64,000 nucleotides of DNA from Lytechinus pictus (lineage: Eukaryota), in contig NC_087249.1 in the NCBI RefSeq assembly GCF_037042905.1, positions 10,418,001-10,482,000 on the forward strand, given 5' to 3'. Positions 15,531 through 30,500 of this stretch are shown here, piece after piece; positions within the stretch are counted from its first letter, which is position 1, and the number at the start of each line of letters is the position of its first letter. A program made the position numbers and the translations under genes. The notes below the pieces were generated by a model that saw only the letters and a program-made list of their open reading frames with translations, made no database searches and had not been told where the DNA came from.

Positions 15531-18500
15531 CTTGGATGCAAAACCAGTTTAAAGGTGCTTCAACCAATCAAGCTTTTAGCTTATGTTGCAACACCTTTGT
15601 ATGTTCATTCTTTAGTTGTGTTTCATATATATATATATATATTATCTGTGTATTCTTTTAATACATTGTACATTGTGAACATGCATGAATAAATAAATAA
15701 ATAAATACTATTGCTGTAAATGATGGGAACAGAGACTTGGCTTGAATTAAACCAGAGTTGATTTGTGTTTTAATTCTACCAATCACCAGATGAACTTTTT
15801 ATTCACATGATTGTAGTGGAATTTAAACAAAAAATCTTGTATATTGCGTTTGTAGATCCAAAGATACTGAGCTGACACAAGCCATAGCTGCCGGTGAGAG
15901 AAGACTGAAGAACCTTGAAGGAAGCCGGAAGAACAGATTGAAGCTGTATGGAGATTACATGCCAAACCTACTGGCTGAGATTGAGCGTTCTGCTGCTCGG
16001 TTCCACCAGAAACCTCTTGGCCCAGTGGGTAAGAATCCAATCTCATGCATGTGACTATAAATCACTGATGCTGTTGTTTTCCCTATGTGCCCATTGATAG
16101 GTATATCTGGCTAAAATGAACAAAGATGGTTTAAAGGCGTTCTCATGACATACATGCGCAGATTTTTTGTGTACTTTGGATGAACTAGGGTCAGTCAACA
16201 TGCATGAAGAACATAATTTTATAGTATTTATGAATCACAGGAGACGAACCACATGAAATTGTTGTGTGTTGGACATTCAGGAAACTGTCATTATCTCATT
16301 AGGGATATATGAAGACTTGGCAAAGAATTTGTAAATTTTCAGGATTAGTCCATTGATTAAAAAGTGAAATTAAAGAAGAAAAGGATAACAGAATCCATTG
16401 ACAATACACATAAGCATGAATTGCAATAAAGAAGTATTCATGAATAGCTCATTGATTGATACATTGCTCAAACATTTCTGTTCAAATCTATATTTAGGAT
16501 CATTCTTAAAGCTGAAGGATGTCCGTTGGGCTCTTGGTGTGGAATCTTGCCTGAAACGATTGATGTATTCATTCTGTTGTCATGACCAACATGATTCAAG
16601 CATTCTGAAAGACATCATGAAACGTATCATCCCACAGAATGCTCCACAACCTCCAATCATCACATCAAAGTTTGAGGTAGGCACAATTGACAGCATTGTT
16701 CAAAAGTTGCCCTCACTGTGTAAATGAGTGTGTACAGGTGAGGAAAGCAGTACTATATACCTACATGTAATGGAAATTTACGCAAAACCTCTTGAACTGG
16801 AACATGTTCGCAGATGCTATGTGAGTTACTTGGGGATGTATCTTTTAGCATAACATAGGGTAAGCAGTTGTGTGTAAAGTCATTCATATCTGGGCATAGT
16901 GGCTCAGTAGTAGAGTGCCTGCCTCATGAACAGGAGGTTGTGGGTTTGATCCCCAGCCGAGTCATACCAAAGACTTAAAAAATTGGACCTTCTGCCTTCT
17001 TGTCAGGTTTCACTTGATATACATTCATGATATCCTGTCACAAAAAAAAAGGAATTTTCCTTGATTGTCTCCATGAAGGGGACTTTCCAGTATCAGGAAA
17101 ATTCACTTTTTATACATTATGATTGATATGATCATGATGTTTTTATTATTATTCATTTGCAACAGAGCCCTATTGTCATTCAAATGTGTTGAAGTTGTCT
17201 GAAAGGTGTTTCACAAAGTTATCTTTGTGACTCTGACTCTCAATTATTGAAATTGCAGAGGGTGCATAATACATGTGCAAGGCTTATATTTGGTTGTACG
17301 AAATATACACGCATTACACCAATACTAAGAAACCTACATTGGATGCCTATCTGGCAGAGAAAAGCATTCAAAATCTTACTGATTGTACACAAAGCACTTC
17401 TAGGTCAAGCTCCTGGCTACATTACAGAATTATTGAGGTATGAAACTAGTAATCATGGTTGCCATTTACGCAGTTCAACGGATCCTCTGCTTTAACAGAT
17501 CCCATCCTTCGAAACAAAAGTAACGCTAGGTGATCGAGCATTTGCTTGTGCAGCCCCTAAGCTCTGGAATAGCTTTACCCTGGAAGTACATGTACCATCC
17601 ATAAACAACTTTAAATCAAAGCTCAAAGCACATCTATTTAATCAATAACAAGCTTTTTAATAGTCCTAAATAACGGAGTAGAATATATACTTAATGGTAT
17701 AGTTTCTGCACTGTATAAATTTATATATTATTATTATCTGGAAGACTAAAATTGCACTCTTCTATGGCGGGCTGTTTGGTCATTTCATCAGCCACCATCA
17801 GGGGATGTGCTACTCATGGTCTCAACATTCAAAGAAGTGCAATATCTTGTTACAATAAATGAAATTGATTCTACTTTTTGTTTGTAGTAACCTCACTAAA
17901 TCATCCAGATGCCCATCAATATAGTGAAATAAACCTTTAAAACTTAAATTGATTTTAGATTAACGTACATTGTATGTTTTCATATATAGTTATTATCTAT
18001 TGAGTTTTGAGTTTTCTTATATTGCATGCCCAATTTGAACACATGACCGACAACTCCCATGGAACATTTTCATCACTGGAGAACTGTGTGAAGTATTTCT
18101 CATAAAAATATTTGCCAGATTGACATTGCCCTTAACATTTCTCTTCTTTCTTACCCCTCAACCTTGTTCACTTTGCAGTCTCACACTTATGATATCAGTC
18201 GAGCAATGGTACAGAGTAGGGACTTTCCCGGCTTTCTAGACATCGTTGATGTCAGCCATCCTGTCATTTTCAACACACTTATTGATCAGGTAATACTCAA
18301 ATTATCTTAGCTTGAGCAGTTCATTTTGTAAAGTAAAAAAGGACCAAAATGGTGGGGGGGGGCAGACATACCAAAGGGATGATTAGTTTATGGAACTGCT
18401 CTAAAGTAGTATATTATTATTCTCATCACTAAATGATTCATTGGTTATTGTATAAGATTTTTGTTGGTGATTTAATCTTATGTTGACCTGTTGAAATATA

Positions 18501-21500
18501 TCAATATCCTGTAAAAGACTTATTTGTAAAAAAACCTTAAAAACGGACATACTTAAGATTTTTTACATTCACTTATCAGAGTGAAATCTCATGAATAAAG
18601 AGAATGCTAGAACAAAAACAATATATAGTTGAACCGAAAAAGACAATTAGTGCATGTCAAAAAGCTTATTTTTAAGGCTATTTTACGATTTTGCGTTACC
18701 AAACATTTATTTATTTAAAAGAATTATTGTATGTTCAATTAAGGAACTAAGTTGGAAGGTACATGTAAATAGCAAAAACAAACGACATTATTCTCTTGAT
18801 GGGTTGATTGATGTCTACAGCGTGGTGTGGAGAGTATCTTGCTGATTGAGCAGAGCAAGGATGCCAGAGGTTATCTGAGACACCAGCCCCCTAGGAACTG
18901 CAGAGAGGCTTTCACCATGGAAGGCGATCAGGTGTATGCTGGAGCTGAACAACGCTACTATTCGTCCATGCAGAGGAGCGCAAAGATTCTGAGAGGAGAT
19001 ACTGACAACGAGATAAGGTGTGGATGCATGTTCCTACATTTCATGAATTATCTTGTCAAATCCCACCCAGCGCTAATATCCTTTGGCAAGGCACTTATCT
19101 GCGTTTGTCACTCTCCATCCAGGTGTTAAATGGGTAACTGGTAGGATGCGAACGTCAATGTGATTAGATTGGCAAGTGAGCACCGGTAAAAACGGTTGCC
19201 TGGCCAGGATGCTCCCCAGGGAGTGAAGATGTGCACTTTATGTGTGAAACACAAAGTATGAAAAGCTATATGAGTGTAACTAGTTTTTTGTCTCACCTGC
19301 ATAGCAGAGTGAGACTATAGGCGCCGCTTTTCCGACGGCGACGGCGGCGGCGGCGTCAACACCAAATCTTAACCTGAGGTTAAGTTTTTGAAATGACAGC
19401 ATAACTTAGAAAGTATATGGACCTAGTTCATGAAACTTGGCCATAAGGTTAATCAAGTATTACTGAACATCCTGCCTGAGTTTCATGTCACATGACCAAG
19501 GTCAAAGGTCATTTAGGGTCAATGAACTTAGACCATGTTGGGGGAATCAACATCAAAATCTTAACCTAAGGTTAAGTTTTTGAAATGTCATCATAACTTA
19601 GAAAATATATGGACCTAGTTCATGAAACTTATACATAAGGTTAATCAAGTATCACTGAACATCCTGCATGAGTTTCACGTCACATGACCAAGGTCAAAGG
19701 TCATTTAGGGTCAATGAACTTTGGCCGAATTGGGGGTATCTGTTGAATTACCATCATAACTTCGAAAGTTTTTGGATCTGATTCATGAAACTTGGACATA
19801 ATAGTAATCAAGTATTACTGAACATCCTGTGCAAGTTTCAGGTCACATGATCAAGGTCAAAGGTCATTTAGGGTCAATGAACTTTGGCCAAATTGGGGTA
19901 TTTGTTGAATTACAGCCATAAATTTGAAAGTGTGTTGGTCTTGTTCATAAAACTTGGACATAATAGTAATCAAGTATCACTGAACATCCTGTGTGAGTTT
20001 CAGGTCACATGATCAAGGTCAAAGGTCATGTAAGGTCAAAGAACTTTGGCCACGTTGGGGGTATTTGTTGAATTGCCATCATATTTCTATAAGTGTATTG
20101 GTCTAGTTCATAAAACGTGGAAATAAGAGTAACCAAGTATCACTGAACATCTTGTGCGAGTTATAGTAGTTTTCAAAATCAGCACTGCTGCTATATTGAA
20201 TCGCGTGATGCAGGTGAGACGGCCAGAGGCATTCCACTTGTTTGTAATTTTTTCTTAAAAATGAATTTACAATTTTATGTTTGTTTTACCTTCTGTGATA
20301 TAGAACCAATTCTTGTGAGATTCTGACCATAATGTATATATATTTTCTGGGTTTTGCACTTATGCCCCAATTTTGAGAGAAATATATGTCTCTGTATATT
20401 TCCTAATCACCATATTTGAGCTTAAAATCATCCAACTCCCAAATATGCAATATTTTGGAGTCCTATAAAGAGTTCTTCCATGGGCAAAATATATCCCTTT
20501 TGTAAATGATGTTGTAATAATTTTATTCTACCTTTTTATAGTGGTTGAAATATTAGAACAATCTAAGCGCTTTACAGATATATAATGTATATCTAATTTA
20601 TGTTGTCTCCTTGCTCCAATAATGTAGTGAAACTCGGAGAGATATGAATCAAAACCAAAGAGCATTGAATGAAATAAAGCAGAAGATTCAGGCTCTAAGA
20701 CAAGATGCGTCCGAGAATGAGAATCTGAAGAAAACGGCACAGCGACAGAGGATGAATCTTGACGACAAGATAGGAAGGATAAACAACGTGAGGAATGAAA
20801 ATTATGAAGAGAATTATGATGATTATGAAGAGTTTGATAGTGATGAGGACTATGATGATGATGGTGGTGGTAGTGGTGATGATGACGATGATAATGATGA
20901 TGATGGTGATGATGATGATGATGGTGAAGATGGTGGTGGTGATGTTAGATATGGTGGTGGTGGTGATGATGATGATGGAAGTGATGATGATGATGGTGAT
21001 GATGATGATGGTGATAATTGTGATGATGATGATGATCTTAGTGGTGATGATGATGATGATGATGGAGGTGATAATGATGGTGGTGGTAGTGATGATGATC
21101 TTGATAATGATGGTGATGATGATGATTATGGTGATGGTGTTGGGTTTGATGATAATGATTTTGATGGAGATGAGGATGATGATTATGATGATTCTGTTTA
21201 TGAATATGATGTAGAAAATGAAGAGGAAGAGGACAATGAAAAGTATGATGATGGTGGTGGTAGTGGTGATGGAAAAAATGATGATGGTGATGATGATCAT
21301 GGCACTGATGATGGTGATGTTAATGTCAGTTAGCTTTACAACTATATCATAACCTAACATTAAAATGCTTTATGTTTATCCTTCCAGCATGTAACTCAAT
21401 TAGAGGCAGAAGGGGAAGGAGAAGAGGAAACCAATGTCGCTGACTTGGAAGAGGAGGTTCAGCAGATGGAGGCCAAAATCAACGAACGAAAGGAGAAACT

Positions 21501-24500
21501 GGAAAGGTTCTCCAAGAACTTCAAGGAAGGTCGAAGACAGCTGGCAGAAGCATCGCAACAGTTCAAGGTGGTGGACGATCAGATCCAGGAACTGAGCTAT
21601 CAAGTAGACCCTCTCAAGGTATAATACTGATCTGGTGATTATAGTTGTGATGATAATGATTAAACCTTGTTTATTAGAACTGATAAGAGTGGTATTGTTC
21701 TGTTAAGGTGATGATTATATACATGTATAATTTTGATGATGATGGGGTCAATATGATAATGAGGATGATGATAATTATGGTGTTGATGGTAGAACAATCT
21801 ATTCTGTGGAGGAGCGTTGTGGCCCAGTGGATTAGTCTTCTGACTTTGAAACAGATGGTCGTGGGTTTGAATCACAGCCATGGCGTAATTTCCTTCAGCA
21901 AGAAATTTATCCACACTGTGCTGCACTCAACCCAGGTGAGGTGAATGGGTACCCCGTAGGAAGAAATTCCTTGAATGCTTTGAGCGCCAAGGCAGCCCAG
22001 CTAAAGCCGTGTTTAATTATAGGGCCCAGTGGGAGAACAGTTTTAAGAACTGAAGTGGCTTCCCTGGGTAAATATACCTATATTTTTATTATTATTATTC
22101 CAAGACTATTGAAATTAGTCTTAGCTCATGCTGATGCTTCCAGTGCTGGTGCTCTCAAGGAAATAATCATGCCTATTGACCATTTTCCATGCATGGGTTG
22201 AGTGCATCAAAATGTGGATAACTCTCTGGCCTAGGAAAAAGAATTATGCCAGTGATTGTGTTGATGATGATTTACATCTTTTGCAGTCTAGACTGCACAG
22301 TTCCCCTTTGGTAGTAACAACCTTCTGCATACTTGTAACTAGGTAAAACACATGGAAGATAATAATTTTATGTAAGCTCTCATTCATCAGTTGAATTACA
22401 CCAGTTTCTTATCAATTATTGCTGAAGCACTGTGAAGTTAACACCCAGCTTTCCCTTCTTGAAAAGCTGTTGACAGTGTTCATAAGTTAAGAGTGACTTA
22501 AAGAATGACTGGTGATCCTTTCTTGTGGTAAATAATATTCACCATTAAATGTTCATTGATCATTTAGCGTGTAAGAAAGGTTAACAGTCGTTCTTAAAGC
22601 CACTCTTAACTTTAATACCAACAGCTTAATGAACCACCAACAAGGTGACCTGTTCTTGGTTGCCAAATCGGATTTTAAAGAATTTTCATTCCCATTAGCC
22701 AAAAAGAAATAAAACATGATCCTTAGAATTCAAGCTTCTTGTTATCAAGCATTTGAATCATTTACATGCAAAATCATTTTCATTGTTTTTTTTTTCTTTA
22801 TTTATCTCATAGGATGAGTTAGCTGGAGCTAGCATTGAAGTGCAAACGGCCAAGCAACATCGCAAACATTACGAAGAAAAGAAAAAGGAATTGATGGGGA
22901 AAATTGCAAACCTCAAGAGAGAAGCCGATGAAGCACAGAAAAATGTGGAGGTAAGATAACGGTGATACTATTGAGAAACTTCAAGTGAATTAATTACCAG
23001 AAAGTTTTACAATATCAGGACAAGTGCACAGGGACCTGACTTAATTTGTCAAGTGTGTTTCCTTCTTATTTCTATTGAAATGTATGATAGTCAATGGTCT
23101 TTGTATACATACAATTATTTCGTTTTGTGTTGTTTCTCTATTGTACTTCATATTGGTTTTTCCCTCTTATTTATTAATTGCAAGTAAAATGACGACACGA
23201 AGCATTAACCTGATGCATTCTGAATTCAAGTGGCCCCTGTACAATGCCTATGAGAATCACAGAATTCTGTAAGGAAAGGGTGAAAGTCAGTTGTGTGTCA
23301 GCCTTCATTGGCAGTGGATTATTATTTGCTCACTCCATACTTTGTGAAAATCATAGGAAATACCTGTAACATGAGACATATTTGGGGGAAAGCAAACTTG
23401 GTGTATCAGTGAAAAATTCTTCGGCCAAGCCTGATTAGCCTCTTTCAACTGTCAGGCCAGTGAGATAAAGACTTTACCATAAGGCATTTTCCAGTGGCAT
23501 TACATAATGTTTACTAGTTGTATATCTCTATCTACCATGGTTCAAATGTATGTGATTTATATCTGTGTCAATTTCCCTGTGAAAACAGACCACAATCCCC
23601 CTTGGGGATACCTGAGTTTCCTTGGTACAGAAATCACAGAAAGGAAATATTTAAGGCTCCAATGAAAAAAAAATAACCGATAATAAAAAAAAAACTCTTT
23701 GTTGTTACCCTCTCAATATTTTTATTTTTTAATTTTCTAGACTTTAGAAAAAAAAAATTTCTCTAAATTTGTTAATTTTTCTTTCGTATTCAGGATGCGA
23801 TATCAAAAGCCATACAGATTCATCCAGAAAGACTAAAGGTGTCACGAAAAGTGAACAACATTGATAAAGAAATCAAACAGATCAACAAGAGAATTGCCAA
23901 GGAACAGAAACGGTGAGTAATGTACTCAGATTTTGAACTTAATTCTCTTTTATAAATGATATGTATGAAAGCTTTAGTCGGAGGTATTTAGTTTTCTCTC
24001 AAGAAGGTAATGGTGATGATGCTCCATATAAAAGAAGGCAGGGATACATTCTCGTCCTTTTAGTAGATGGGCACCGGTGAGGAAATGAAAATTGAAACTA
24101 GGTTATATAAGGGTGGATGGGAGTAGTGATGATGATAGTGATTGAATTAATCATCAATCATCAATTTAGAGGAGGCGCGATAGCTCAGTCGGTAGAGCGG
24201 GGGATTCGTATTCTGGTGACCCGGGTTCGATTCACACTTGGTGCGCTAGTGCCCTTTGGTAAGGCATTAATCCTCATTACCAGGTCCTTCGGAGAGGACC
24301 TTAAGCCGTCGGTCCTCTGGTTGCTTGCTTACAAGCATTCATGCTTTCTTAGCAATCAAGTAAAAAAAAAACACCAATCAATCATAGTAAGATTGATTGT
24401 ACTATACTTAGAAAATGATTATCATGATAGTAGTTATGGTTTAATAGCTATATTTTAAAGGGTATATTTGATTGAAAATCTTCATAGCCAGTTAAAGTAA

Positions 24501-27500
24501 ACACTTCAGGTGGGTGTTTCATAAAGCTGTTCGTAAGTTCAAGTGACTTTAAGAACGACTGGTGATCCTTTCTTGTGATAAATGATATTCACCATTAAAT
24601 GTTCAATGGTTATTTAGGGCGTGAGAGAGGTTCACTAGTTATTCTTAAAGTCGCTCTTAATTTACGAACAGCTTTATGAAACACGCTCCAGGGGTCTGTA
24701 TCACAAAGCTTTGTGATTTTTTGCAAGTTTTAAACAACACTTTTGATTGGTCGATTATAGGTGCGCTCTATGCAGCAGCAATTGTTCAATGGCCATTGAA
24801 ATTTAGGGATTGATTGCAAGCAATTGTTTAACCAGAATTTCACTTCCCTAAATCATTCAAAACTGATTTCAGTTGATATTTTAGGAGAAATTTATTGATG
24901 TTTTCCCATGGTACCTCTCAGTCAATTGAAGAATGTGCTCTTATTTTTTTATCTCTAGGCAAGGAGACCCCGAAGTCATTACCAAGCAGTATGATGACGC
25001 CAGGGAAAATTATAGGACAATCAAGAAACAAATCAAAGGCATGAAGGGATTTGTTGAGGTAAATATTATTGTGAAGAAAGGAAATAAAAAACAAAACGAA
25101 ACATAAAATGCTATGTTTAAAAGTATTTGGACCAAGAATATTAAAGGGATGATGGTTTCAAAAACTAGATCAGTAAAACGTGTATGTAAATCTCATATAA
25201 GCAACGTGATGAGTAGATTGCTTTAAGTTGTAGGAAGGACTGTCCTGTTTGTATTTTCCGGCATGATCGGGAAATTGTTGTGCTTTCAAAAGCAACTCTG
25301 TCCACTCCCCCCAGAGGTAATCAAAATATGATATAGGTGGAATATTGGTATGTGTTCATTAAAGGAAACTTTTGAATAATAGCAATTTAGTGTATTGGAG
25401 CAAATGGAGAGGTCCCTGTCATATCACATAGACAACACCTATGCTGCCAATTTGCACTTATGAAGTATCATTTGTATTACTGTTACTATTATGATCATGA
25501 TCCCCAAGATCATGGTGATGATGATGATGACAGAGATGCCAACCGTTACAGAATATTAATCAGATAAGAAAGTACAATGTGAATAACCAAACAGCGGGAC
25601 CAAATATTTTCTTACGAGAAAAAACATGTTAACAAAAGTTATTCGCTCAGTCATTCAATCGGGAAGTAAACACTGAATTTACATTAGAACACATCTATTT
25701 AATATTCCGTAAGCGTTGGCAACTCTGTGATGATGATGTTGAAAACCTGTGCCTATACACGACTTAGAGTAAGACTGCACTAATTTCTCTTACTTTTGTA
25801 TTTCTTCGTTAGAAAATGAACAAGATCCTTGAATTGCGTTATGTGGCACTGAAAGACATGCGTCATTTTATAGCACAGAGAACCAAGTACTACTTCATAA
25901 CAATGATGTCCACCCGTGGCTATGTGGGTCGCCTCAAGTTTGACCACCCAAGAGAGGAACTTATCTTAACGGTAAGACGCACTTGGTTTTAGAATGAAAA
26001 GAGGGAAGATGTTATAACGAGTGCCTTTATAAGATAAGAAAATGAATAACAATGTGAAAGTTTATAACTAAACTCAATATGTGGGGTGTTGTTGCACAGT
26101 GGATAAATCTTCGGGCCTTGAAGCAGAGGGCCGTTCTTCCAATACCAGCATAAGTACCTACAGCAAGATATTGATCTACACTGTGCTGTATTCAACCCTT
26201 GTAAGGTAAATGGGTACCTGGTGGGTGTTTCATAAAGCTGTTCGTAAGATACGAATGACTTAACGCACGACTGGTGATCCTTTCTTGTGCTAAATGATAT
26301 CCCTGTGTTACTGATATATGATATATATCTTCTGACTACTGATGGGGCTTCCCTGTATAAATAAAACGAAATAAATAAATAAATGACCTAAGAACATGTT
26401 CCAGTCATGCGTAAAGTTGTCCATTCCTATTTCCCCCTGTATTTTAAATCACAACCCTCACAATATGTTGATTGTGCATTTACTTTAATTGCTCCTGCCC
26501 CCTGTAACAAACTTCCAACCCATATCCAAAATTTTCCTTCTGTTGAAATATTCAAATAATTACTTAAAACTCACCTCTTTTCATTACAAGTATGATTTTT
26601 TTTAATTGTATAGATCCTTTATTTGCATTAGTTCGTCAGTCGATCTGTGTGCTTTGAAAAAGCCATAGACTATAGTGCCACATTATCATAATTGTAATTA
26701 TTATTATTATTGTTGTTATTGTTGTTCTCGTTGCTGTTATTGTTGTTGTTTTTATTATTATTATTGTTATTATTAATTTTGTTTCAATTTTTTTTTGATC
26801 AGGTGGATCCAGGAGAGAGTCAGAAGACCAAGGATGTGTCCAAGGATGTGAGGAGTTTGTCTGGTGGAGAAAGATCCTTCTCAACAGTGTGTCTCATCAT
26901 GGCTCTCTGGGAGTCTGTGGAATCTCCCTTCAGGGCCATGGATGAATTTGATGTGTTCATGGTAAGTCTGTGATCGGGGTTAATCTATTATAAGCTTTTA
27001 TAAGTGCGGAGATTATCAAGAGATCACTGAAAACTAGGTTAAGTGCTGAACACTTCTTGAGAGTTTGCTCAAAGAACAATCAAAGGCCGTTGATAGGTTT
27101 CTTCCTTGAAAGACTATAAAGAATCTATTCAAAATTTAATCAAACCATTGGAAAATTTGTCGTTTTGTTTTAAATCTACATGTAATATGAATCTTGATCA
27201 ATCATTATCATGATCTGTTTTTTTAACTTGCTTCCTCTCCATTCCTTTTCATCTTGTCTCTCTTTTTCTTTTTCTTTGCCATCTTTCTATGTTCCACCTC
27301 TCTGGAATAATTTGCCATTGAATTTAAGAATTATACCATCACTGGAGACCTTCAAATCTAAACTGAAGTCTTATCTTTTCTAACAGTATTAGTTATTGGC
27401 ACTTTGACACTCATCCAAACTTTCTCATTCTTTCTTTTCTTGTGCGCCTCGAAATAGAATATTTCTAGATAGATGGCGCTATATAAATGCCTATTTTACT

Positions 27501-30500
27501 ACGTAAGCCTCCGATTGAGACTACATGTCTCATCGGGAATAATATGAGATCCCGCTGATCACGTGCGTGTCAATTCGTTGGCGCGTGTTGTGATTGAGCG
27601 GAAAAGTTTTTTCACAGCGTAGAAAAATCCATAGAATTTCGCAGAAATTCTAAAACTTGGAATAATCAAACTTATTATGAAGGATTTAAAGGATAAACGT
27701 TCCGCAGGCGTGGCCGTGGAAAAGGAAAAGGACAAGAATTCCGACCGCGTAGCGGCGGAAATTTCGAGTATGGAGTTGGAAAACGTGAGTCTGGCTGACC
27801 GTGCTGCGGCGGCCAAGGGGACGACAGGATCGGAGCGCACCCGGGGAGTTCCGGCGGTGCAGAAGTCTAGCGATCGCTCGGCGGTCGCGACGGCTCGGCC
27901 GGAAACGTCTAAGTCGAAGGATGAAATTGGAATGGTGAACAATCGTCTCGACAGACTCGAAGGCTTACTTTGCCAATTTATGGAGGCTCTTCCCAATAAA
28001 CAAGATGATATGGCAGGCATGGGACATGCACAGCCAGAGCGACATTTTGATCTTGGTCGCAGTGAAACAGCCTCCACCGCAAGTCATACAGAGGGAATTA
28101 TGGAAGTTGAAGATGAGAGCACAAGTGCAGAGTTGGAGTCTTGCACGGAGATGACTGAATCACTAAAAGTTCCAGCTTTTGCTGCTAAATTTGCGGTAGC
28201 ATCAGACATTGGGCAACCTCTTGAGGAAGAATTGGCTAACTCTGTGAATTACTTAATGAGCCATCACTTGGAGGAAAAAGTGCTGGATGAGACCAGCAGC
28301 AAATATCCATGCCCGTCAAACTGCAGAGTCATTGACACTCCGAAAGTTAATCAGACAATTTGGGACAATTTGTCTGCCTCTGTCCGTACCAAGGATGTCA
28401 AACTTCAGAGGGTCCAAAAATCTCTTACGAGGGGCATCTCGGCTTACGTCAGTCTTCTTGATCCAAATAACATGTCCTCTGAACAACAGGACGTTTTGGC
28501 ATTGTTATGCAATGCTAATTTTGAGATGAATGCCCTCCGCAAAGAACTGATAAAGCCAGATCTTAACACAAAGTTTACTCATCTTTGCAAGCCCACAAAT
28601 CCAGTAACAAAGTACCTATTCGGAGATGATCTGGGCAAGCAGGTGGAAGACTTGCAAGATCAGCATAAAGCGGCAGCTGGAGTTATGAAAGGTGGTTATA
28701 AAAAACCGAAACCATCATATAGACCTTATCCAAGCCAAGGGCATGAACGTAGATATAAAGAAGCTGGTTGGACGTCGCGGACATCCTACTCTGACTCACC
28801 AGGCAGTGCGTCAAGACCTTTTTTAGGCCAGCGAACCCAGTGGAGGAGAAGAGCTCCACAGGTCCCTCACACATTCACACCGACAGCAGCTCGGGAGGGA
28901 CATCAAGCCCCACAGTTCAGAAAGTCCAGCCAAGGGCAGGGCAGAAAGTAGAGAAACTACCAGATTTTGACAAGGTAGGAAAGACTTCCAATCTACCTAG
29001 ATCTACACAGAATTATGATTTTCCAGTCGGAGGTCGACTGAAGCTTTATGCTCATAAATGGGGAGAGCTTACATCTGATTCATTTATTTTACAAGCTGTA
29101 CAGGGTTACAAGCTTGAATTTGATCCACTAAAATTTCCCCCTAGAAGGGAAAAACCCCTTCATGAGTTTAAAAGAAATTCAGAGGAAACAGCAGTGATTA
29201 CAGAAGAGATAAATAAACTGCTGGAGAAAAATGTTATAGAATCATGTGATCATATAAAAGGGGAATTTATATCGAATATTTTCACAAGGCCAAAGAAAAA
29301 TGGCGGCCTGCGGATCATATTAGATCTGTCAGAATTGAACAAAAGCATTTCATATTGCCATTTTAAGATGGACAATATTAGAACAGCTCTACCCCTCATT
29401 TCTCAAGATGATTATTTAGCTTCAGTCGACCTTCGAGATGCATATTTCACGGTACCTATTCACCCTGAGTCTAGAAAATATCTGAGATTTGTATGGCAGG
29501 GAAAATTATGGCAATTTCAAGCATTACCCAATGGGCTTAGCTCAGCACCAAGGCTTTTTACAAAACTGCTTAAACCTGTCTTTGCGTCACTCAGGGAGAA
29601 AGGCCATATTGTAATTGGATATCTAGATGACACTCTTATTATAGCCAAAACTGCTAAGAAATCAGAGGCAGCAGTTAAAGCAACTACTACATTGCTTTCA
29701 GAGTTGGGTTTTATTATTCACCCTGAAAAGTCTGTTTTAGATCCTACTTGTGAGATCACCTTTCTGGGGTTCAATCTGAACACCCGAGACATGAGTGTCA
29801 GGCTTCCAAGGGAGAAGCAAGAAAACATTAAACAATCTTGTCGTGAATTGATGGGTAATCAGAATCCACAAACTAGGAAAGTTGCAAGGGTAATTGGACA
29901 ATTAGTAGCATCTTGTCCAGCTGTACAATATGGTCCTCTCTTTTACAGAGCGTTGGAGAAAGACAAGATATTTGCCCTTGCAAAGAACAAGGGACATTTT
30001 GATAGGCAAATGACACTATCAAGAGAAAGCATCTATGAATTGCAGTGGTGGATATTTAACATTGATTCGCAATTCAACCCCATGCAGAGGGCAAAACCAG
30101 ATGTGGAAATTCATACAGATGCTAGTGGAAAAGGTTGGGGGGCAACAGATCTCTCCTTTTCAACAGGTGGTAGATGGAACAGTGAAGAAATGGCTCTGGC
30201 CAATCAAAATAAAATTAATGTGCTAGAAACAATAGCTGTTAGCCATGGGCTGAAAGCCTTTTGCTCAGAGAAAAAGAACATTCATGTACTGGTAAGGACA
30301 GACAATACCACAGCTGTAGCATACTTGAATAATATGGGTGGCACAAAGTCGCCGGAATGTAATAGAGCAGCCATTAATATTTGGAAATGGTGTATCAATA
30401 ATGACATCTGGCTTACAGCTGCTCATTTACCTGGAAGATTGAATATTGAGGCAGATCGTATGTCACGGAAATTCTCTGATAGTACAGAATGGATGTTGAA

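Noticed and set aside
20695..21360. Poly-Ile and poly-Met ORFs
   Set aside because: Alternative frames of the (GAT)n microsatellite.
24172..24245. tRNA gene (also ~10829, 16893, 21811, 51299)
   Set aside because: The A/B-box heads continue into shared SINE bodies and tails; no convincing complete cloverleaf.
27559..28077. 172-aa antisense ORF over DIRS gag
   Set aside because: Shadow of the GC-rich gag 5' region with no recognisable motif.
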